From: Octopus vulgaris
Taxonomy: Eukaryota
Assembly (NCBI GenBank): GCA_951406725.2
Contig: OX597817.1
Location: 65,286,001 to 65,350,000, forward strand
Direction: 5' to 3'
DNA length: 64,000 bases
Numbering within the stretch: the stretch's first letter is position 1; every line of letters begins with the position of its first letter. The position numbers were made by a program, and so were the translations under genes. This document shows positions 54,081 through 64,000 of this stretch, one piece after another. The notes beneath the pieces were generated by a model that was given only the letters and a program-made list of their open reading frames with translations, ran no database searches and was not told the DNA's origin.

Positions 54081-56381
54081 CCTATCTATTACATTATAGC
54101 AAATGTTCTTCATGAGTACTCTCCATATATGAAACACACTTGTATGCGAATGATACAACCACTCTTTTCTCTTTAACTTTTTGTCTACCGTCGTCATGCA
54201 CGCATTACCTCGACATGTTAGCTAGAGGTGCACTATTTCTATGAGTAGGGACCCAGAAAACAATTTAACAATGTTGACATAAGAATCTGGTCAATAAAAA
54301 CAGCACCACAAACGCAGACACTACACATGCCAAGGAAATAGCTTTGTACCAATACAGTCTCCTTACTACACAGATAAATTTTCATAAACAACGCAAATAA
54401 AATTGCTATAAATTCTAATCCTCAAAATATTTGTTTATCGTACGAGCAACCACACAACAGTAACATTTTCAGTTCTGCCTCTGAAAGGGGACGACTATTG
54501 TTCTGGGATAGCAAATACTTTAACCATGACATATTAGAATGCTATATTAGATTGCTACTTACTTAACTGGGACTGTACTACTGCTACGCTAAACTGGTGC
54601 TGCAAATTCATTTATTCTTCGGAATCAGTTAATTACTTTCTCCATTTACACCCACATCACAAATCCACTTTTATTCCTCTTAAAATCCCTGACCTGTCTC
54701 GTTCTCCAAACTATGTTTTACTTCAAGCACTTTTCTCAGTCCTTCTCTCCCGAACAACAAAACTCTAGAATTCCCTCTCTGTGCACGATTACCCGTACAT
54801 ACACATGCACTCCTACGTATTCTGAACTATGTCACCCGAAAAGTCTTTCTACTAGATCAGTCATCAGCACAAACTAACTTACTAGCTCCTTGACCGGATG
54901 ACTCCTCCTACATACTATTCTATCCGAACTTTTGTGTCTGCTGATCTCCCGTATTTGCTGATTGTTAACTACAACAATCTACGCATTCCACTTAGCTGTC
55001 AATGTTAGGAATTCTAATGGTGATGGTGATGTTAACATCTTTATGTGAGTTGTGCAGATTATGTACAGTGAGAAGTGTGTGCGATATTACTGCCATAGGC
55101 TATTGTGATGTGCTGTATTACCTGGAGCAATTTTCTACAAAATGCGTTGTGTGAGATATGTTACTATATAGGGCACATTTTGAGTGCAATGCGCTGTTTA
55201 AGTTGTGCTATTAAAGTGGAGGTCTTGCATAGGATATAAGCTGTGCTTAGCAAGGCTGTTGTTCGACAGGGTATAACGTTGTGAAACCTAATATGATTTG
55301 TATGTTTTTATTCATGTTCGTCTTTCTCATACCTTGCGTACAATTATTACGGTTTTTTTCATGTCACTCTTATTTAGTTTCAAGAGCTTCGTACTTTGAT
55401 GGTTTTCTCTATCATCTTTCTGGTTAGGCGGAGTCGTTGATGTCTATCAAAATTCAGAAATTTTCATTCCTGTCCTTGATTATTATATCCGGACTGTTTT
55501 CTTTGATCTCATTGCCAGTCAGGACTGGTGTATTCTAGATGATTGCTGTTGTCATGTACTGCATTTAGTGAATATTTATATCACTTATGCGTTTACAAGA
55601 TAGCGTTTCAATATCTTATCAATGGAGAGAATTGCCGAAAATATCGTGTTTTCAAATATATTTGGTTTTGTAGTCTGGGTAATCAGAGAGGCAGTCCACC
55701 ATCCAATTGTACTGGTGGCAGAGCCAACGCTTGATGTTAGAATTTTTCCTAATATTTTTGTTTTTGTTGGCAGTTTGATTAAAAGAAGATTCGTTACAGT
55801 ATCAGACAAAATAGAATGCGGTATTAATTTAGGGCTCTTTGTGTTCTGTGATCTGTTTTACTCAAAGTCAACTTTAACTGCCATCATTTTACAGTTGATA
55901 ATAAAATACCAGTCAAGTACTATAGTTGATATAATCAATAAAACGCCTCCCTAGTCTAGAAATTATCATTTTATATTGCATTGTTTGCGATTAGGTATTG
56001 AATCCTCAGCAGCTAAAATAAAACTAACTTCCGTTGTTCGTTTTTACATAGCTGTCTTTCACTCTGTCTTATTTCCTTTCTATCGCATCCTGTGGGATAT
56101 TAGCGACGGAATGACTTTTCAGTTCATTTTTTTTTACCATCAGTATATTTTGGAATTCTGTGTTGCTGAGCGCTTGGGCAGAAATGGTGGTATTGTTCAG
56201 AAGTATTATGGTGTTACGTGGAATCTAGTAGCTGTTGGGGGTGAAATGATATAATGACAGTGATGATTGCTACTTGTTATTGTGGTAGTAATATTGCACC
56301 ATGCGAGTTATTTTGTAGTCATTATCTGTTTGTGTCAAACTCCATTCTTTTTGCGCACAAGGTAGGGATAGTCTGTATATA

Positions 56382-56617
56382 TATTTATTTACTACCCACA
56401 AGGGGCTAAACACAGAGGGGACAAACAAGGACAGACAAACGGATTAAGTCGATTACATCGAGGCCAGTGTGCAACTGGTACTTAATTTATCGACCCCGAA
56501 AGGATGAAAGGCAAAGTCGACCTCGACGGAATTTGAACTCAGAACGTAACGGCAGACAAAATACGGCTACGCATTTCGCCCGGCGTGCTAACGTTTCTGC
56601 CAGCTCGCCGCCTTTCA
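56382..56617 (-). mobile_element. Full-length SINE family A with 14-bp TSD
   Basis: Flanked by atagtctgtatata at 56368-56381 and 56618-56631. Confidence 0.92.
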
Positions 56618-57305
56618 ATAGTCTGTATATAGCATTGCTGGAGTGGTGGGTTCGGCGCGCAAGAGCACTTCCTATTTAAGCTCTTTATTTCACTTAAGCT
56701 CCAGTTCATAATGGTGAATATGTAGTTTATAACTGCATTGGCTCGCCAATTTACACCTTTATCTTGTTTCTTGTGTACTGACTAACTTTTCATTTTCGTT
56801 TCACTCTTTTGAATTACGTTTTTAATAATTTTCTCCGTCATTACTGAGTGTATTTATCTTGCATCTACTTTTAATGATTTTTTATGGATAAATTTAGTCT
56901 AATTCTTTGACTTCTGTGTCTATGTTTTCTTTGAAATCTGTGACTCATTTTAGTTGATTTACCTCATTGTATTTTTGATACATTTCTCTCAACCCAGACT
57001 TATATCTATGACTAAGCAGAATTTAGGAGAAATTTTTAGCAGGTTTTCCAACTAGGTATTATCACTTGTAACTGCTTTTTAAGTAATTACTTTCTTAGTT
57101 TAAATACTACCAAGATCAACTTTGTTTTTCATTCTTTCAGGTTTGATAAAATAAAGTACCAGTTTAGTAATAGGGTCGATGTAATTAGCTAATTTCCTCC
57201 TAACTACTTGTGATTGCTCATTATAACAACGTAATTACGTGTTTGATTTTCATTGAAGGAGATGTTGATTACGGTGATTAGCTGTGTGTATGTGTGTGTG
57301 TGTGC

Positions 57306-57356
<51 letters not shown>

Positions 57357-58239
57357 TGTGTGTGTGTATGTGCATGTTTAGGGTCATCATCAATAAGGCG
57401 GCATTTCTTGTCCGATCAAACATTTATCAACCTTTTGAAGTACCATATGAAGTAGTAGGTGAAGTTGGAGAAGAGAATTATTGCTCTTCAGTCAACTGTA
57501 TGACATTGTGGTAGAAATAACCATGCAGTTTCGTGAACGTACAAGAGTGAAGAGAAGTCTTATGCCTCGAGTGAATGATGGTCGAACTTTTGGGATTCCT
57601 TGAAACGCTTTTCTATATTTTAGGCCATTCTATGTTGGTTGCCCATAACATTTTCAGTATTTTTTGTATTATTTTATCGATGTTGCTCTTGTTGTTTAGT
57701 CCATAAGCAATTCTGATCAGAAATTTGACAAAAGACGTTCTCACGAAGACCATACAACATTTTTCTCTACGAGGACTACATTATCGTATGTGTTCTTCCT
57801 TCGCATCCAGGATTACATTTTCATATGTGCTCTTCATTTTTTTTTCAATCGATAGGATGAAACTTAAGAATGATTTTTCTGTTATTACTTGTAGGACCAG
57901 AGACCACTTAAATACTCCCTTGTTGGTTTGTCACGTTTTATAGCGTATATTTGAGAATATACATATGAATATGCGTGCGTATGTGCTGTGTAAATGCAAT
58001 TATATATGTATGTATATATAAATATATATATGTATTAGCATGCATGTGTGTGTGTATATATATTTATATATATATGTATATATGTGTCTGTGTGTATGTA
58101 TAACTATATAACGTTAGGATGCGTATTATATAATTAAGTCGTTTGCGCATTCGTGATTTATGTACTTTCCTAAATGTTTTGCATTCACTATCGTATTAAA
58201 ATGTTTTTTTATGTATTGCTCCCGTGGCAAAGAAAGAAA

Positions 58240-58692
<453 letters not shown>

Positions 58693-59125
58693 ACGACAGT
58701 TATTAATATTACTTTCTTCTTTCTTTTATAGGTAAGTGGTTATTTAAGATAATTTGCTACTGATAAAACGGATAAGAAAAGAAAATGGTGAAACTCGCTC
58801 TTTGTTTGCAAGTATTATTTATATTTGTAATTTTTATATTTTTGTAAGCGTTAAGGTTGTATATGCGCATGTATGTATCTATTTTTTCTTTAACGCGCAC
58901 AGAAAAAACAACAACAACAACAACACATATACATACATTTTTTCATATATTCATGTATTCATACAGTATTCTGCAAAATCCCTACTTAAACGGAAAAATT
59001 GTAAATATGCAAGATTTTTCCTACATTTCTGTCTAAGAATATGTAAAATTGTTATTGTGGCCTGGTTGGCACTCTATTGCTGGATAATCTCAAATAAAGA
59101 AATAAGAATGCATTCACGTTTACAC

Positions 59126-59211
<86 letters not shown>

Positions 59212-59359
59212 ACACACACACACTCACAAACACATGTACACACAAAGACACAGAAAATTGACATTGCTATTTATCTGCACCCGCGCACAAGTATGATTAC
59301 AGATACTAGCATAATCTAAATCCCTATAGACTCATCGTAAGATGTTGTATATACATTTT

Positions 59360-59552
59360 TCAAATTTTGGCACAAGGCCAGCAATGTTGGGGAGGGGTTA
59401 AGTCGATTACATCAACTCCAGTTGTCTACTGGTACTTATTTTTATCGACCCTGAAAGTATGAAAGGCAAAGTTGACATCGGCGGAATTTGAACTCAGAAC
59501 GTAAAGACGAACAAAATACCACTAAGCTAACGATTCTAGCAGCTCGCCCCCT
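59360..59552 (-). mobile_element. SINE family A
   Basis: ttttggcacaaggcc...gtcgattacatc...gaaaggcaaagttgacatcggcggaatttgaactcagaacg. Confidence 0.85.
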
Positions 59553-60104
59553 CGAAATGTAGTAAATATTGATCCTAGAACTATATCTCATGTTTGAATA
59601 TATTTACACTTCATTTCAATAGTTATATTCTCCGGGCTTTTTCAGGTAACACCATTCTACAAAAATACATTTTCTTCAACCATATGATTAACAAAAAAAA
59701 AAAATTGAGTCGATATTCTCTGGGAAAATATGTATGTGTTTGTGTATGAGAGTTTATATGTTCATGTATATGTATGTAATTGGTTTGCAATATTCTTGAT
59801 GAGAAACAAATTTTGAAACAAGTTTTGCTGTGTCTTGGGAGAGTCATTACATCAATAGGTCCTTTCGTTGGCGTTTGCACACCAGTCACTGAAAAGGTTA
59901 ACAAACCGATTGGCTGTTTAGCTAACACGATAAACAAACGGTCAGCTACTTAGTTGGTTGGATACATAACCAACTGATTAATAATAAAGAAGTGGAACTG
60001 AAACTGTACGTGTGTTATTAGTGGCGTAACGACTCCCAAGACAACAAAAATATATGTATTTTATTAATTTATGTATGTACTTACGTACGTATGTATGTAT
60101 GCAT

Positions 60105-60148
<44 letters not shown>

Positions 60149-60758
60149 CATACATAATACATACATACTACGTACGTACGTAAGTACATATATATATATA
60201 CTCACACACGCACACACATGTGTACATACATATACATATATATGTGTATTAATATCAATGGTGTAGCAGAGAATGTACCAGAGTGTGAAGTAGTAAGATG
60301 GTATGAAGAAAAGATAGATAAATGGTTGATGTGGTGAGATCCATTATATATTCAAAGAGCCCACCACACACACACACACATATGCAACCACACACTTATA
60401 TGCACAATAGAGAGGATAGAGGAAAATGTAATAACCCCGAGGCAATGTAAGCTCCATGATGACAGCAACAACAATGACAACTATATAACCAACCTGAGCA
60501 CATATACGTGTGTGTGTGTGTGTGTGTGTGTATTGAAGGAGTATGACAGGCATCACCAATTGGAAAAAATATTCGTAATAGAAGTAAATTCAAACTCAGC
60601 GGCGATGTCCGTGCAAAATTTCCGTAGGAAGAGCTTCACCGCACAACAACGTCAATCATTATCAAAGCTAAAGTTCCAAGTGACACCAGCCCCTATAGAT
60701 ATACTTTAGCGGAAACGGAGGATAGCCCTTGTTCAACAGATTTTTCGGTTGGTAGGGC

Positions 60759-60911
60759 AGTTGTTCAGAATCTTAAAGTCCGTGCGTTGTTGCTCAACAG
60801 TTGTTGAACCCAAGCTGGATTCATCCACCCCTTTCTTTTACGGGTATCAGGTAGCCTGGCGAGGAGGGTCTGTTGAGCAGCATCGCACGGACTTTAAAAT
60901 TCTGAATAACT
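60759..60911. repeat. Inverted repeat, 42-bp arms, 69-nt spacer
   Basis: 60759-60800 versus the reverse complement of 60870-60911 match at 38/42. Confidence 0.92.
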
Positions 60912-60976
60912 TTAAGATTCATGCCAGAGCTTACAAAGGATTACATGTCATCAACAGCGTTCACAGAGCGATCTAA

Positions 60977-61110
60977 TACTCACTCACTCACTCACTCGCT
61001 CACTCGCTCACTCACTCACTCACTCACTCACTCACTCACTCACTCACTCACTCACTCACTCACTCACTCACTCACTCACTCACTCACTCACTCACTCACT
61101 CACTCACTCA
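60977..61110. repeat. (CACT)n microsatellite
   Basis: Tetranucleotide run. Confidence 0.97.
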
Positions 61111-62651
61111 CGCACGCACGCACGCACACACACAAACGCACATAGTGCTTGAAAGCAGTCGAAGAATATACTATAAATATGAAAAAAAAATGTGTAACAT
61201 CAGCGATGAATATTTTTGTTTTTTTACAAACACCTTATATCGGCAGTAAAGATGAGACAGGAGGTTAGATAAGATATTGGACAACCAGCTGACCGATTAT
61301 GAGTTCAGATCCATAGTTAGCTTTTCGTCCTATTTCAGGGTAGGAGTCACACCATTATATGACGCGTACATTCACGAGTGGTAAAGTAGATAGAAGCCTT
61401 TGATCTATGGTTCATCAGCAGTCTTGCTGAGTCTTGTTGCTTGATACGGGTTTCAGTTTTAATTATGGGCTACTCTGTGATTTCGGCAACTTATTCCATG
61501 TTAAAACTCATCACGTGCACAGCTATGCTCCACCACCACCATGTGGCCCTCATCAGTCTTGAACATGCTGGAATCTCACCATCTCAGAAATAAAATATGA
61601 TTATATTAAAGCTAAACTACATATGTTGTCTTAAGGTATCAGTGTGATGAGTTATCTATAATTAGTTACCCACGATGTGTGATAAACAATAAGAAAGCGT
61701 CAACTACATGTGATTAATACTCTTTCCCACAGTGATAAACACTTTCTGTTTTAGTCTTGAAATTCCACCAACTACCTTAATTAAATTATAGATAATTAGC
61801 AGAAGGAAAAAAAATTTAAAAATGTGTTTTTTTCCTATTTACAAATAGTTGCAGCAATATGGAAACTAGCAAATAGACATTCCAAGCCTACTTGAAGAAC
61901 TACTTTACTACTTGTTGCAGCGATAGTTAGTGCTAGTTATTGCAGAAAGCGAAATCATAAGGAGTGTTTCTATGGGATTTGGAGTTGATCGAGGACTTAT
62001 CCAGAGATTAGATACATTAGTGAAGATCTTTTGATAATACATAAATGCATAAATACTAGAATACAATCTCCGAATGTGTATATTTCCATGTCTCTGACTA
62101 TGTTTCTATCAATTTTTTTTTCTTAATCACTTTTCCTTTGCCTCTCTGTCTTTCTCTGCTGTTATCCTTCTGTTGTTGCTCCGTCAGTCATTGTTCTGTT
62201 GCCTTTCATTATGTCCGTTAGTATGTCAGTATGTCTGTTTATCATTTCCTGTCTTCTCTCTGTGTGATTTCCTCCTTTTACTCTCTCTCTTTTTCTCTCT
62301 CTTTCTCTCTGTCACTTTCTGTTACGCAGTTCCACGCTCAGACAAATACACACATCATAGTCGCAACAGAACCATTAAGATGTAGGTGGTGGCATTCTCC
62401 ACAAGCGACTGACATTACTAAATCTGCGTTTGATGTTTTGATACATACAGAAGCCTTGTCATTATCTTAATTACCAAGATATTTATTAGCCTTATACTTT
62501 CGTAGCTTTCATTTTGATAGACTACCTACCTAACTATCTACCTGTAAAACTATCTCCTTATCTCCATACCTAGCTATCAGTATATCTATTCTATTTACAT
62601 ACCTACCTAACAATCTATTACTCACGTTTTCACTCGATGAACTCTTTCAGC

Positions 62652-62652
<1 letters not shown>

Positions 62653-62746
<94 letters not shown>

Positions 62747-62774
62747 CCTATCTATCTACCTATCTATCTATCTA
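62653..62774. repeat. (TCTA)n microsatellite
   Basis: Tetranucleotide run. Confidence 0.97.
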
Positions 62775-63520
62775 TGTGTTTGTATGTTTCTCTGAATGCC
62801 TGTATGTATATTTATCTGTTGGTTTGTTTGACCTGCATGTATATCTTCCCCACTTACAAATATATTCGTGAACTGTCGTAAGCGACATCTTGTTCAACAG
62901 TTACAAAATTAAGTTAGTTTATTCTACAGATGTGGCGATCACCTGGAATAAAGGCCCAACTGAAGCCTCGCACTTTCAAAATTCCCTCTAAACAAATATT
63001 CTCATGTTCTTAGTATATCTTGAAGGATAATGTTCGCAAAAAGCTATCCAAGGTTAATTGCAGAAAACCGGCTGCTTTATTAAATAAATTACGTTATCGA
63101 TAATCGTTTAATCTATATAAAACATGTTTTTAATTGGTGTAATGAAAAGAAAAGAAAAAAAATATTGATTATAGTCCAATGGTGTCAAGAAAACATAAGT
63201 TAAGCTGTCAGTGTATAGTGAACTATGGCTAAAAGGAAACTCTGAAGTACGACTATGGGTAAAAGGAAACCCTGTCTAGAGCAGTGTTTCTCAAAGTGAG
63301 GTGCTAAAATTTCTTTCATAAATTCAACTAAAATTTAAATGCTTATAACCAGAGAGTTGGCCGTTTTGACATAGCATTATCATCGTCGTTTTCTAGCTTC
63401 ATTATTTGATTAAGTCTACAATGAAAGATAAATAAATGTTTGTTTGTTTTTTCTGACAGTATTTCTCAATGCTATAATAATAACAACAACACAAATAACA
63501 ATAATCCTTTCTACTGAAGA

Positions 63521-64000
63521 CACAATGCCTGAAATTAAAGGGGAGGAGACTAGCCGATTACATTGACCCCAGCGTTTCACTGGTATTTAATTTATCAACC
63601 TGAAAGGATGAAAGGCAAAGGGAGAGGAATTTGAACTCTGTACATAAAGAAGGGCAAAATGCCGCTAAGCATGATGATGATGATGAAGACGACGGCATCA
63701 ATGACAGCGAAATTTAAATGCTTATAACCAGAGAGTTGGCCGTTTTGACATAGCATTATCATCGTCGTTGTCGTCTTCATCATCATCATTCCCACCATCA
63801 CCTTCGCCGTCATTGATGCCGTCGTCATCATCATCATCATCATCATCATGCTTAGCGGCATTTTGCCCGTCTTTACGTACAGAGTTCAAATTCCTCTCCC
63901 TTTGCCTTTCATCCTTTCAGGTTGATAAATTAAATACCAGTGAAACGCTGGGGGTCAATGTAATCGGCTAGTCTCCTCCCCTTTAATTTCAGGCATTGTG
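63521..64000. repeat. Long inverted duplication of a SINE A copy plus (GAT)n flank
   Basis: 63521-63711 is a near-exact reverse complement of 63803-64000; the right arm runs to the window edge. Confidence 0.95.

Overview
AT-rich, microsatellite-saturated eukaryotic non-coding DNA (intergenic or deep intronic). The tRNA-derived SINE families and the density of (TA)n/(CA)n/(TACA)n/(TAT)n arrays suggest an octopus (coleoid cephalopod) genome; this is inference. I see no intact host protein-coding gene, and almost all listed ORFs are translated microsatellites. Recognisable content: many tRNA-derived SINE copies of several families, decayed fragments of RTE-like and RLE-type (R4/Dong-like) LINEs, Tc1/mariner and MULE transposases, hAT-like and GG-ended MITEs, and a 3'-truncated U2 snRNA pseudogene fused to a SINE. 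The most notable signal is a dispersed ~150-190 bp repeat (3 copies) carrying a minimal type-I hammerhead-ribozyme fold of the kind known from Penelope-like elements, with an unusual fixed A6U core variant and an extra A. Several more degenerate hammerhead-like motifs occur in other repeats. Other points: RLE LINE ends clustered in (CATA)n arrays, two short templated duplications ~47.5 kb apart, a template-switch-like inverted duplication at the right edge, and several long hairpins. Coordinates of decayed repeats are approximate and all calls were made by eye.
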